64,000 bases of DNA from Acidimicrobiia bacterium (lineage in GTDB: Bacteria; Actinomycetota; Acidimicrobiia; Spongiisociales; ZC4RG35). A program made the position numbers and the translations under genes. Within the stretch, counting starts at the first letter, position 1, and each line of letters starts with the position of its first letter. The DNA is taken from contig CBDCGI010000001.1 of the NCBI GenBank assembly GCA_965216725.1, forward strand, positions 36,595 through 100,594, in the 5' to 3' direction. A model generated the notes under the pieces. That model saw only the letters and a program-made list of their open reading frames with translations. It made no database searches and was not told the origin of the DNA. Below are positions 22,576-32,724 of the stretch, piece by piece.

Positions 22576-22770
22576 ATGGCAACCACAACACCGACGCTCA
22601 TGGAGCGCGCTAATGGTCTCGGTTGGTACGCATCCACACCGAGAGCACACCCTCTCCGATTTGCTGTCTATGGGGCAACCAAGCAACAGGCCATAGAGCG
22701 GTTTCGAGAGCGCCTGCTCTACTGGGAGTCCATCGGAACGGACCGGCCCGTCAAGCAACCCTCAGACTAG
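22576..22770 (+). CDS. 64-aa hypothetical protein resembling a HicB N-terminal domain (IS passenger)
   Basis: GWYASTP......VYGATKQQAIERFRE resembles the HicB-type G-Y-A-x-x-P...G-x-T-x-E-E-A pattern; stop abuts the right TIR. Confidence 0.45.
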   Translation: MATTTPTLMERANGLGWYASTPRAHPLRFAVYGATKQQAIERFRERLLYWESIGTDRPVKQPSD

Positions 22771-22795
22771 CTTATACAGAGAAGGTATACTTACC

Positions 22796-22974
22796 TCGTC
22801 GTCCATCTGGAGGTTCTCTCCGGCTTCTTCCACCGTGTTGAAGTGCAAGGAGCCCGGAATATGGGCGACTCTGAACCCCCACTCATGCATGGCCATGACC
22901 AGCTTGAAGTCGTCGCCTCGGTCGATCTTGGCCTTGAGTTCATCTCGGTCGATAGTCTCGATCTCATAATCCAT
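22796..22974 (-). pseudogene. Rhodanese-domain gene, 5' half (interrupted by IS)
   Basis: MDYEIETIDRDELKAKID...AHIPGSL...QMDD; continues in frame at 20134. Confidence 0.9.
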
Positions 22975-23047
22975 GGGCAAACAATAGGAGACACGACGTC
23001 GTGCGGTCAGGAGCCAAACTCCAGGGTCGGATGCGTAGGTTGAGCTG

Positions 23048-23371
23048 ATGGACAGACTTCGCCGCTTGGTGTTCCAGCGCTCCATGGCACGCCGTGTTTG
23101 TGCCCATCTCGACCAGGTCGCTGTTATCGAGGGCAAAGAGCCGGTTTGCCCGGAATGCATCAAGGAGGGCAGCGAGTGGGTCCACGTTCGGATGTGCATG
23201 GTCTGCGGCAATCCCGCCTGTTGCGACAGCTCGAAGCGACAGCACGCCCGTCAGCACTTTGAGGACACCGGTCATGCCCTCATGCGCTCTATCGAGCCTG
23301 CGGAGACATGGGCGTGGTGCTACGTAGACAAGGCCTATCTCACCGAGGACGAATACGTTCCGGCCAGCTGA
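23048..23371 (+). CDS. UBP-type zinc finger protein
   Basis: CAHL, CPEC, WVHVRMCMVCG..ACCDSS..HARQH, WAWCYVD. Confidence 0.85.
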   Translation: MDRLRRLVFQRSMARRVCAHLDQVAVIEGKEPVCPECIKEGSEWVHVRMCMVCGNPACCDSSKRQHARQHFEDTGHALMRSIEPAETWAWCYVDKAYLTEDEYVPAS

Positions 23372-23382
23372 AGTGCGTTTTC

Positions 23383-23757
23383 CTACGCGGTTCGACTCTG
23401 GGGACTTACGAACTCGAGCCGGTTCCAAAACGGGTCATATGAGTAGAAGCGGTCGAATCCGGGAAGCGGCTGATCGTCGGCGGTTTCAACTCCCGCCTCT
23501 TCGAGCCGCGTTCTCAAGGCGACGAGATCCGTGACCACGAGTGCCACATGAGCTTTCGTGGAAGCCTTGAAGCCTGGTTCGACTCCCATGTGAATCCGTA
23601 TCTCTTCGGATTCGAACCAGCACCCGCCTCGGGGCGCCAAGTGTGGCGGCTTAGGGATTGTCGGGATGCCCAACAGACCGTCGTAGAACTCGATCGCCTG
23701 TTCTTCGCCGCCCTCGGGCATCGCCATGAGCACGTGGTGGATTCCCTCGACCTTCAC
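23383..23757 (-). CDS. VOC/glyoxalase family protein
   Basis: IHHV...FYDGLLG...KPPHLAPRGGCWF...AHVAL...DPFWNRLEF. Confidence 0.85.
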   Translation of the reverse strand: MKVEGIHHVLMAMPEGGEEQAIEFYDGLLGIPTIPKPPHLAPRGGCWFESEEIRIHMGVEPGFKASTKAHVALVVTDLVALRTRLEEAGVETADDQPLPGFDRFYSYDPFWNRLEFVSPQSRTA

Positions 23758-23844
23758 TTGTCACCACTCTCCGTCGCAGCTGACCACTCATCGGTGTAGG
23801 GTACGGGAAGTGAGAGGACTTGGTCGGGAATCAAGGCGATTTGC

Positions 23845-24297
23845 TCAATCACAAAGAGGTTGCGTGGACACTGACAAGTCTGGGCTGTATGTGACCGCGA
23901 ACACATCGTCGCCAGCGGTTACAACGAGTGTGGAATCGTCGATCAGATTGAACTCCGCCTCGATCGATTCCGGACGGGGACCGTCAGGCAGCCATCCAGT
24001 GGGGACCGCTCCAGTCCAGGTCTCGCTGATCTCGGCGCGCCACGCCTGCCCGTTCAACCACAGGAAGTCCACACCGCAATGTGTAGCCACGGTAAAGCGA
24101 GTGGGCGAGCCAACTTCGATTGCGGCTTGCGGCGTCAGGAAAGGCGCCGATCCGGGTTCAAAAGCCGTCTGCTGCGTAGACGAAGCGTCGACCGGCGGCA
24201 GAACAGAGGTTGCAGTACCAGCGTTTTCGGTCCCACAGGCCACTACCACGATGGCCACGGCGACGAAGCTGGTTGACAGTCTGGCGTTCAGTCTCAT
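23845..24297 (-). CDS. Hypothetical lipoprotein
   Basis: Lipobox VVAC; THCG motif; preceded by an ECF-type promoter. Confidence 0.6.
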   Translation of the reverse strand: MRLNARLSTSFVAVAIVVVACGTENAGTATSVLPPVDASSTQQTAFEPGSAPFLTPQAAIEVGSPTRFTVATHCGVDFLWLNGQAWRAEISETWTGAVPTGWLPDGPRPESIEAEFNLIDDSTLVVTAGDDVFAVTYSPDLSVSTQPLCD

Positions 24298-24302
24298 GGC
24301 AT

Positions 24303-24332
24303 TTAGACGAGGCCCGATTGGAATCTGGTTCC
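24303..24332 (-). promoter_or_regulatory. Putative ECF sigma promoter
   Basis: Minus-strand GGAACC-17 nt-CGTCTAA, a few nt before the lipoprotein ATG. Confidence 0.45.
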
Positions 24333-24441
24333 CGCCGGGACCCCGAGGCGCATGGCGCTTCGCTTATTTGTTAGGTTCGCATTTGAAAAACCCATCGGTA
24401 TCGACAACTCATATGCCAGATCGGCATCAAGGGAGAGCAAC

Positions 24442-27400
24442 ATGAAACGCCAACTCGAGCGACTGACGATCCTGATGTCAAGCATCGCGCTCATCGTCCC
24501 GCTGGTTGGTGTTGCTCCTGTCGTGTCGGCGACTACTAACGCGCCTGAGCAGATTGACACCGACTCGTCCGTGGGCGACGCATCAGTCGCGGCCTCAGAA
24601 CCTGGAATTGCTGACGGCTCTCTGGCCACCGTACCGGGGGATCTCCCGTCTCAAGCTGCGATGGATGCTGCGGCAGCCAACGATTTGATCGAAGAGGCTG
24701 CCTTGGCCGCAGCTCCGATCCCCATTGGCGACCCGATCGTTCCTCAGAGCGACCCGGTGATACTCGACATCGAGGATGGCAGTGAATCGGATCCGCTGGC
24801 GAATACCGCCCCGCAGGCATTTCCGAAAGCGTCGAAGACGGCGTCGCCAATCTATCGTGCCCCGGTGTCGGGGACCTTCGCGAGTTTCAGCATGTCTGAG
24901 GTCTCGCCGGCGGGATTAGACGTCGCCGCGCTGCCGGAGAGCGTCCAGATCGAGATCGACACAGCCGCGCAGTGGCAGTTGGTCGAGTTCGACACATCGC
25001 TTTTTGCTGACGCGCTGGAAGCATCCAATGTCAGCCTGGACCTGTTCCATGGAATCACTCTGGACATGGATACCTCGGTGGCGCCCAGCCCGGGGGCCCT
25101 CGACACAACGCTATACGTCGCGGGAGTTGGGGAGGATTCCGATGCCGCCGTTATCACCATCTCGGGTGACGAGGTAATCGGCCAGTTCTGGTCCGATGGC
25201 AAGCAATTCGGTCTCCAGCCGGTGGGCGCAGGTCAACACGCGGTTTTTGAGATAGCGCGCGATTTTGACAACAGCACCGAGCCCGACGCGGTGCCCGGTC
25301 CGTCGAACGGGCCCAGTGGTCTCACAGTGCAAGAGAGCGGCGGGGAAGCCGACATCATCGGGTTGCCCGCTGTCGAGGTCATGGTCGCCTATGACGATGA
25401 GGCGTTCGCCTTCTATGGCAACGATATCGACACGGTGCGGGCTAACGCTGCAGCCATGGTCAACCTCACCAACGCCATCTATCGGAATACCGATCAGCAG
25501 CAGCACATGAACCTGACCCACATCTACGCCACCAACACCACGCCGAACACCAACGACATCTTCACCTACCGCAACCAGCTCGCATCCAAGTCCGATGGCA
25601 ATTTCGACGGGGTCCATGTATCGCGCGATATTGGAGGCTCTGACATCATCGTCTTGCTGTCGGATAGGTTTGTCAACGCCCAAGGATTCTGTGGAGTCGC
25701 CTTTTTCCCGGTCGGGGCAAGCCCAGCGGAGGACAACGCATACAACGTGACCGAAGCCAGCTGCGCTCTGTTCGGCCTCACTTTTCCCCACGAGTTGGGT
25801 CACAACCAGTGTGCCGGACACGACCTCGACACGCCCAATGCGTGCGGCTATACCGACGGCACAGGGCATGTGGATGCGGCCGCGGGCAAGCGGACGGTGA
25901 TGGCCCGCAACTCCAACACATGTTGTGAAAGGCAGCCGGTTTACTCCAATCCCGGCCACGAATACCTGGGCTGGGAGACCGGAGTAACTGGCGTCTCTGA
26001 TAATGCCGGTGTCCTGGAGATCGAGGATCTCGCAGGCGTCTCAGGGGGTGTCGCCAACTACCGAGTGGGCAACGGGGTTGTAACGTCTGTCGCCGGGATC
26101 GATGGCAAGAGTTGCATCTACGGCTCACTCGAAGCCGCCTTTGCCAATGCCCCAGCGGGTTCGACGATCTATGTCGCCCCCGGCATCCACGTGGGACAGG
26201 ACCCAGTGTTCAACTTCAACATCACCTGGGATCTCGACGTTGTACAGGGCACGCCACAGTGCGAGCCCACGGGGAGCCCGCAGCCGGCGACCAACGTCGT
26301 CATTCAGCCCGCCCCGGGATCTGCAAATGACGGGGTCATCGAGATCAGGAACGGAGCCAACGTTCGGTTCGAGAGAATCACCATCGAGAATGGGATCAGC
26401 GCCGAAGGCAACATCGAACTGGAGAACGGTCCGGGCACGACTCTGATCCTTGACGGGGCCATAGTCCGCAACGGCAACAACCCGGCCAACGGTGGGGGAG
26501 TTCGAGTATTGGCAGACAACAGCCTCACCATGGTCAACAACGGCCAGATCACTAGTAATACCGCGGTGCTGGGCGGCGGTGTCTACGTCGACGGTGGCAC
26601 GTTCACCATCGCCGATGTGGACGATGTCGAAGACAACAACGCCACGCATGGTGGCGGTATCTATGCAACGAATGGTTCCCAAGTCCGGGTTGAGAACGAC
26701 GGCGATGTCAATAACAACACCGCGACCGGAGACGGTGGCGGGGTCTATCTGACTGGCGACTCGGATCTCGAGGTGACTGGCTCGAGCAGCCATATCGGAT
26801 TCGGTGGCCAAGGCAATTCCGCCAACCGAGGTGGCGGAGTCTTCATCGCGCAAGGTTCGGTCGGCTCGAAAGTAACCATAGGCGAGCTGGGGGCCGTTGA
26901 GGCGAACACCGCCAGCTTCGGAGCCGGGGTCTATCTGCTCAACGGTGAGGTCGAAATCAACGACGATGGCGCGATCATCGACAATGTTGGGGGCAATGGC
27001 GGAGGCATTCTCGCCGTCAACGACCCAGATACCTTCACGGTGGTAGACCTCAATCGTGGGGCGCTAGTGAGCGGGAATACAGGAGGTTTTGGTGCAGGGC
27101 TCTTCATGAGCACAAACTCCGAGCTGCGCGTCGACGGTGGCACCACCGGGGGAGTATTCAATCCGGTCGTCATATCGGGCAATGCCTCAACCAGCAACGG
27201 GGGCGGCCTCTACATGGACAGCGCTAAGCCGGCGGTGTTGGACACGGTCCACTTCCACTCCAACAGTGCGGTCAACGGCGGTGCGATCAATCTCTCGACA
27301 GGAATGGATGTCACCGTGGACGATCTGAGCAACTGCGGCCCGGACAACCTTGCTTTCGAGCAGTATTGCTCTGAGTTCCGCGACAACTCGGCGGACTTCG

Positions 27401-28413
27401 GGGGTGCTGTCTACGTGAACGGAGCGACTTTCATTGCCGATCGAACCGCCTTCTTTGCTAACACCGCCACCACGGGGGCCCAAGCCGTGCAGGTGGTGGG
27501 AGCGTCAACGGTTGAACTGACTGCGATGCTGGCCGTGGGGCATGATTCGCTGGGAACCGGCGATGGTTCATTCACCGCAGCGGACACATCGCAGTTGACG
27601 ATCAAGGCGGCCACCTCTGCCGACGGAGCGGGTGCATGGCTCGACTTCGACGGGTCGGCTACGGGTGATCTGAAACGCATCATCGCCGACACTGCAGTGC
27701 TCACGCCAGAGCAGTCCACAGGGACCTGCAATCTGAATGCGCTTCCGGGCGGCTCGGGGCTCCCGAATGCGGTCACCGCGGAAGCCGGATTCGTTACAAC
27801 TTCCCATTCCGATTACGTGCCCAATGCCGCTTCGCCAGCGGTTGACAACTGCAAGAGGAAGGGCGTCCCTCGAGACATACTTGGTCGTACCGTCAAGAAC
27901 GGCGACGGCATCGACTCAAGCAAGGAATATGACTTTGGGGCGTTCGAGGCCAGTACCGGGCTTGGTCACTCCTGCGCAGGCAAGCCGGCGACAATCGTCG
28001 GCGACGACGGAGCCAACGTCATAGAGGGCACCGCTGGGCCCGACGTCATTGTCGCCCTTGGTGGAGCCGACGACGTTGACGCCAAAGGCGGCAAAGACAC
28101 GATCTGTCTTGGCAGCGGGTCAGACACTGCCGACGGTGGCTCGTCGGGCGACACCATCAAAGGTGGTTCGGGAGCCGACACCATTGTCGGTGGCAGCGGC
28201 CACGACACCATCGACGGAAACGGCGGCAGCGACGACATCCGTGGTGATGACGGCAACGACGAGGTGAACGGAAACAAAGGCGCTGACATAGTTCGCGGAG
28301 GCGACGGAGACGACCTGATTTCGGGTGGGCCGGGCTCGCCGGACATTTGTCGTGGTGGTTCGGGGACCGACCAGGCCACCGGAGGGTGCGAAGTAAAGAC
28401 CGGGATTCCTTAA
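24442..28413 (+). CDS. Large secreted multidomain protein: reprolysin-like (M12) metallopeptidase, beta-helix repeats and RTX-like Ca-binding tail
   Basis: Signal peptide; HELGHNQCAGH zinc motif with downstream TVMA Met-turn; many N-x-A-x-x-GGG(V/I)Y repeats; DFGAFE; GGxGxDxI nonapeptides. Confidence 0.8.
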   Translation: MKRQLERLTILMSSIALIVPLVGVAPVVSATTNAPEQIDTDSSVGDASVAASEPGIADGSLATVPGDLPSQAAMDAAAANDLIEEAALAAAPIPIGDPIVPQSDPVILDIEDGSESDPLANTAPQAFPKASKTASPIYRAPVSGTFASFSMSEVSPAGLDVAALPESVQIEIDTAAQWQLVEFDTSLFADALEASNVSLDLFHGITLDMDTSVAPSPGALDTTLYVAGVGEDSDAAVITISGDEVIGQFWSDGKQFGLQPVGAGQHAVFEIARDFDNSTEPDAVPGPSNGPSGLTVQESGGEADIIGLPAVEVMVAYDDEAFAFYGNDIDTVRANAAAMVNLTNAIYRNTDQQQHMNLTHIYATNTTPNTNDIFTYRNQLASKSDGNFDGVHVSRDIGGSDIIVLLSDRFVNAQGFCGVAFFPVGASPAEDNAYNVTEASCALFGLTFPHELGHNQCAGHDLDTPNACGYTDGTGHVDAAAGKRTVMARNSNTCCERQPVYSNPGHEYLGWETGVTGVSDNAGVLEIEDLAGVSGGVANYRVGNGVVTSVAGIDGKSCIYGSLEAAFANAPAGSTIYVAPGIHVGQDPVFNFNITWDLDVVQGTPQCEPTGSPQPATNVVIQPAPGSANDGVIEIRNGANVRFERITIENGISAEGNIELENGPGTTLILDGAIVRNGNNPANGGGVRVLADNSLTMVNNGQITSNTAVLGGGVYVDGGTFTIADVDDVEDNNATHGGGIYATNGSQVRVENDGDVNNNTATGDGGGVYLTGDSDLEVTGSSSHIGFGGQGNSANRGGGVFIAQGSVGSKVTIGELGAVEANTASFGAGVYLLNGEVEINDDGAIIDNVGGNGGGILAVNDPDTFTVVDLNRGALVSGNTGGFGAGLFMSTNSELRVDGGTTGGVFNPVVISGNASTSNGGGLYMDSAKPAVLDTVHFHSNSAVNGGAINLSTGMDVTVDDLSNCGPDNLAFEQYCSEFRDNSADFGGAVYVNGATFIADRTAFFANTATTGAQAVQVVGASTVELTAMLAVGHDSLGTGDGSFTAADTSQLTIKAATSADGAGAWLDFDGSATGDLKRIIADTAVLTPEQSTGTCNLNALPGGSGLPNAVTAEAGFVTTSHSDYVPNAASPAVDNCKRKGVPRDILGRTVKNGDGIDSSKEYDFGAFEASTGLGHSCAGKPATIVGDDGANVIEGTAGPDVIVALGGADDVDAKGGKDTICLGSGSDTADGGSSGDTIKGGSGADTIVGGSGHDTIDGNGGSDDIRGDDGNDEVNGNKGADIVRGGDGDDLISGGPGSPDICRGGSGTDQATGGCEVKTGIP

Positions 28414-28452
28414 GGGTTGCCAGGTGAAAGCCAACGACATCGAGGTGTTGAT

Positions 28453-30020
28453 ATGAAACGGATCATGGTTGCCTTGGCACTGGTGACCTCCATCGTCGCC
28501 ATCCCGGTCCAGGGCGTGGCGCAGGGGGGTGGCGGCAAGTGCGACTTCGACGGCGATGGCCACGACGACGTCCCCATCGGAGTCCCGTTTGAGGACGTGG
28601 ACGTGATCGGATCTGCGGGGGCGGTGAACGTCATCTACGGGTCGGCTGATGGGTTGACCGACGCTGGGGACCAGCTGTGGCACCAGGACACTCCCGGTGT
28701 GCTGAATGCGGCAGAGCCAGACGACGTGTTTGGTCGCGCAGTCGAGTGTGGCGACTTCGACAACGATGGCTATGACGATCTTGTGATCGGAGCCCCCGGG
28801 GAAGATGTGTCGGGTGTGGTTGACGCCGGAGCGATACATGTGCTGTTCGGATCATCGGAGGGTCTCATCGCCGCGGGAGACCTGTTTCTCCACCGGAACT
28901 CCAGTGGAGTCAATGGGTCGGCCGGCTCCGGCGATTTCTTCGGACGCTCGTTAGCAGTCGGGGACTTCAATGACGACGGGCGTGACGATCTCGCCGTGGG
29001 TGTCCCGTTTGACCACGTGAGCGGCGTCTCCGATGCCGGAAGTGTGCACGTCTTTTACGGAAACGCCAGCGGGCTCTCCACCTCCAACGACGAGATATGG
29101 CACCGGGGAACCACTGGAATAAACGGGCCGCTGCAGACATCGGGCAATTTTGGACGAGCATTGGCGGCCGGCGACTTCGACGGCGACGGCTATCACGATC
29201 TCGTGGCCGGCGCGCCATTCGATGGCGTCTCCGGAGTCGGCCAAGCAGGTTCGGTGTCGGTGATATACGGGTCAGCCAGTGGTTTGACCCAGGCAGGCGA
29301 CGATTACATCCATCGGGATAGCTCCGGGATAAAGGGATCTCCAGATTGGTTGGACCGATTTGGGTTCGCGGTGGCTGCTGGAGACTTCGACGGCGACGGA
29401 TACGACGAACTAGCGGTTGGTGTGCCGCAGGACGATATCGGTGGTGAGATATACGCTGGTTCGGTCCACGTGATCAACGGAAGCAGCACCGGTCTTACCG
29501 AGGCTGACGAAATCTGGCATCGAAACTCGGATGGAATAAGGGGCTCTGCCGCTGCCGGCGACTTGTTCGGGTGGTCCCTCACCACCGGGCGGTTCGACTC
29601 AGGCAACAAGGAAGATCTCGCTATCGGAGTCCCCAAGGACGATCCACAGGGGTTCGAGGACACCGGGTCTGTCCACGTCTTGTACGGGTCCAGTAACGGC
29701 CTGACCAAAGTCGGTGACGAGGTTTGGCACCAGGGAGTCGATGGCATTCGGGGCAACAACGAGGACGGCGACCAGTTTGGCTACTCCCTTTCGCGGGGAG
29801 ACTTTGACGACAACGGCAAAGCACGATCTGGTGATCGGCGTTCCCATTCGAGGACGGGACCGCGACCACCGACTCTGGCAAGACGTCGATCATCTATGGC
29901 CGCAACGGTGGTCTCACCGACAAGGGTGATCAGGGTTGGGACCAGGAGACGCCGGGTATCAAAGGGACACCCGAAGACTTCGACAACATGGGTTATTCGG
30001 TCAACGGGCACAGCTCCTAG
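28453..30020 (+). CDS. Secreted FG-GAP (integrin-alpha beta-propeller) repeat protein; two apparent +1 frameshifts near the 3' end
   Basis: Seven repeats of FG...GDFDGDGYDDLxxGxP...GxVxVxYG; frame breaks near 29820 and 29847, then resumes to TAG at 30018-30020. Confidence 0.8.
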
Positions 30021-30151
30021 CGGCCGGTCCGGTAACAACCCGCATCATCCTGTGTCGTGAACGGGGGCGGCTGTTTCCCGCTGGCGCCCCCTCCTTTACT
30101 GACCTTGTGTCCGGTCTGGCATCATGGTGAGCCAGCGGACGAGAAGATCTC

Positions 30152-31060
30152 TTGAACAGAACTGCAATCGCCACCCAGAACCTGACCAAGCATTACGGCG
30201 ACGTCCGGGCGCTCGAAAACCTGACGCTCGAGGTCTTCATGGGGGAGGTGTTCGGGTTTCTCGGCCCCAACGGAGCCGGCAAGACCACGATGATCAGAAC
30301 GGTTCTCGATCTCATCCATCCCACCTCGGGCTCGGCGCAGCTATTGGGCCTCGACAGCCACCGTGATTCAGTCGAGATTCGCAATCACGTCGGATACCTC
30401 CCGTCCGACCTTGCGATGTACGACAACCTCACCGGCAAGGACATGATCAAGTACTTCGCCAACCTCCGGGGAGGGGTCGACTGGGGATATGTCGATCAGC
30501 TTTCGGAGCGCCTCAAGGCCGACCTATCCAAGAAGATCGGCGACTACTCCTCGGGCAACCGTCAGAAAGTCGGTCTGATTCTCGCCTTCATGAGCAGGCC
30601 GGCGCTCATCATCATGGATGAGCCGAGCTCAGGGCTCGACCCGCTGGTTCAGAGGGAGTTTCAGACGATGATGAGAGAAGCCGCTTCCGAGGGTCGTTGC
30701 GTCTTTCTCTCGAGTCACACTCTCTCCGAGGTGCAGAGGGTGGCGGACCGGGTTGGGATCATCCGGTCGGGTCATCTGATCGATGTCGAGTTTGTCGATG
30801 ATCTGCGCTCAAAAGCGGTGAGAAAGGTCGAGCTGTACTTCACCGGACCCGTCGACCCAGGTCCGTTCCAGGAAGTGCCGGGGGTTCGTGAGGTTGCAGC
30901 TGCCAGTCATCACGTCGAGATGTCCTTCGACGGCAACATGGACGCTCTTCTGAAAGTGGCCACCGATCACTACAGCCTGGTCGACATCAACACTCAGGAG
31001 GCGGATCTCGAAGAGATCTTCCTCGAGTATTACCGGGATGGAGGACCCGTCGGAACTTGA
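30152..31060 (+). CDS. ABC-2 type exporter ATP-binding protein
   Basis: GPNGAGKT, YSSGNRQK, MDEPSSGLD, SSH. Confidence 0.9.
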   Translation: MNRTAIATQNLTKHYGDVRALENLTLEVFMGEVFGFLGPNGAGKTTMIRTVLDLIHPTSGSAQLLGLDSHRDSVEIRNHVGYLPSDLAMYDNLTGKDMIKYFANLRGGVDWGYVDQLSERLKADLSKKIGDYSSGNRQKVGLILAFMSRPALIIMDEPSSGLDPLVQREFQTMMREAASEGRCVFLSSHTLSEVQRVADRVGIIRSGHLIDVEFVDDLRSKAVRKVELYFTGPVDPGPFQEVPGVREVAAASHHVEMSFDGNMDALLKVATDHYSLVDINTQEADLEEIFLEYYRDGGPVGT

Positions 31061-32712
31061 TGTTTGCCAACGTCTTCACGAAATCGTTGCGAGACCGCCT
31101 GCCCGCGGGGCTGGTCGGTGCGTTTTCTCTTGCGGTCTTTCTTCTCTTCGCCCTATGGGTCTACGGCGATGTCGACACGTCGTTCTATTACGACCTCCCA
31201 CAAGGAATCCTCGAGCTGGTCGGGATCAACCCCGAAGGTGACGGAGCCGGTGGAATCGCCTTCGGCAGCATCTACAACTTCATGGGGGCTTTCACTGTGG
31301 CCGGCCTCGCCATCAGTTGGGGTGCTGGTGCCATCGCCGGGGAAGAACAAGCTGGGACTTTCGGCCTGTTGCTCGGCAATCCTGTCAGCCGACGCGGAGT
31401 CTTGTGGTCGAAGACACTCGCAATCCTGATCGTCGTTGGCCTCATGTCAGTCTTGCTTTGGATTCTCGGGCTTGGCTCGGCAACGCTCGTGGACGTCGAC
31501 ACCGAGGGTCTTTTCATCGGGTCGATGACCTTTGCGATGTTCATGAACAGCCTCTTCTACGGATTCCTCGCATTGGCGATCGGCTCTTGGACGGGAAGAA
31601 GGGCGGCGGCTTCGGGTTGGGCGGCGGGGTTGATGATCGTTGGCTACCTGGCGGCCTCGTTGCTACCGCTCGCAGATCTGGAATGGCTGGCTCAGCTATT
31701 CCCCTGGTATTACTACAGCTCAGGCGCACCGATCAACAACGGGCTCGACTGGTCTCACATACTGATCCTGGCGATCCTGTCAGCTGTTGCTCTAGCAATG
31801 GCTCACGCCGGTGTGGGGCGCCGGGACCTGAAAGAGAAAGGGACCGACATCACGCTTGTCGACCGGATGCGTACCTACCCGGTCACGAGAAAGGCGATTG
31901 AGCGTCTGGCCGGGTCGGCGAGAGTTTCCCGGATCTCGATCAAGACCTATTCCGACCACCAGGGTCTTCTCACGGTCACCGCGGCCATCATGTTCTACAT
32001 GGGGGTCTTGATCCCCCCTCTGTACACCTTCATCCCTGATGACTTCATCAATATCTTCGCCACGTTCCCCGACGCCCTCGTGGCGATGATCGGTGGGGTG
32101 GACATGGGCACTCCGACCGGCTTCCTGACCGGGGAGGTGTTTGCGCTCGTCGGGCCGATCTCGATCATCGTCCTCGTGGCGTCGATCGGGTCGCGTGCCC
32201 TGGCCGGGGAGGAAGAGGCGCGCACGATGGGATTTCTGCTGTCAAACCCGGTGCCTCGCTCGACGGTCATCCTGGAGAAGGCCCAAGCCATGACCGCCCA
32301 TGTCCTGATCTTTGGGGTCGTGACATTCGCCGGCACTTGGATCGGCGTGAGGATCGCCGGACTCGACGAGGTCGGAGTGTCCGGCATCGCCGCAATATCG
32401 CTCCTTCTCTCTTTGTTCGGATTGACCTTCGGATTTGCTGCCCTCTTTGTCAGCGCCCTCAGCGGGCTGAAGCGAGTGGCCGTGTGGGGCGTCACTGGAT
32501 TGGCCGTGACCACCTGGTTCGTGTTCTCCTTCTTCCCGCTTTCTGAGTCATTCGAGCCTTTGGTGCGTTTCTCTCCCTGGGACTGGTATCTAGGCGGAGA
32601 TCCGCTACTCAACGGGATGGACTGGGCGGGCGCCGGACTGTTGCTGGGAGTGGCACTCGTCCTCCTGGGGGCCTCCATCCCTGTCTTCAATCGGCGGGAC
32701 CTCCGCGGTTGA
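31060..32712 (+). CDS. ABC-2 type permease with two fused membrane domains
   Basis: Duplicated AGEE..GT..LL.NPV.R motif; about 12 TM segments. Confidence 0.85.
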   Translation: MFANVFTKSLRDRLPAGLVGAFSLAVFLLFALWVYGDVDTSFYYDLPQGILELVGINPEGDGAGGIAFGSIYNFMGAFTVAGLAISWGAGAIAGEEQAGTFGLLLGNPVSRRGVLWSKTLAILIVVGLMSVLLWILGLGSATLVDVDTEGLFIGSMTFAMFMNSLFYGFLALAIGSWTGRRAAASGWAAGLMIVGYLAASLLPLADLEWLAQLFPWYYYSSGAPINNGLDWSHILILAILSAVALAMAHAGVGRRDLKEKGTDITLVDRMRTYPVTRKAIERLAGSARVSRISIKTYSDHQGLLTVTAAIMFYMGVLIPPLYTFIPDDFINIFATFPDALVAMIGGVDMGTPTGFLTGEVFALVGPISIIVLVASIGSRALAGEEEARTMGFLLSNPVPRSTVILEKAQAMTAHVLIFGVVTFAGTWIGVRIAGLDEVGVSGIAAISLLLSLFGLTFGFAALFVSALSGLKRVAVWGVTGLAVTTWFVFSFFPLSESFEPLVRFSPWDWYLGGDPLLNGMDWAGAGLLLGVALVLLGASIPVFNRRDLRG

Positions 32713-32724
32713 AGCCCCCCAACC

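Larger units (their letters stand above)
20143..22795 (+). mobile_element. IS1595-family element with passenger genes (2653 bp)
   Basis: Left TIR GGTAATTATCCCTTGACTGTAGAAGC (20143-20168) vs right TIR reverse complement GGTAAGTATACCTTCTCTGTATAAGC (22770-22795), 21/26 identical; 8-bp TSD TCGTCGTC at 20135-20142 and 22796-22803. Confidence 0.95.

Noticed and set aside
26480-29830. CRISPR or non-coding repeat array
   Set aside because: The repetitiveness is protein-level (beta-helix, RTX and FG-GAP repeats) with degenerate DNA; no repeat-spacer structure or cas genes
12132-32712. Integrative island or prophage inserted at tRNA-Ala
   Set aside because: No integrase or phage genes, and I could not find a repeat of the tRNA 3' end; treated only as a variable region
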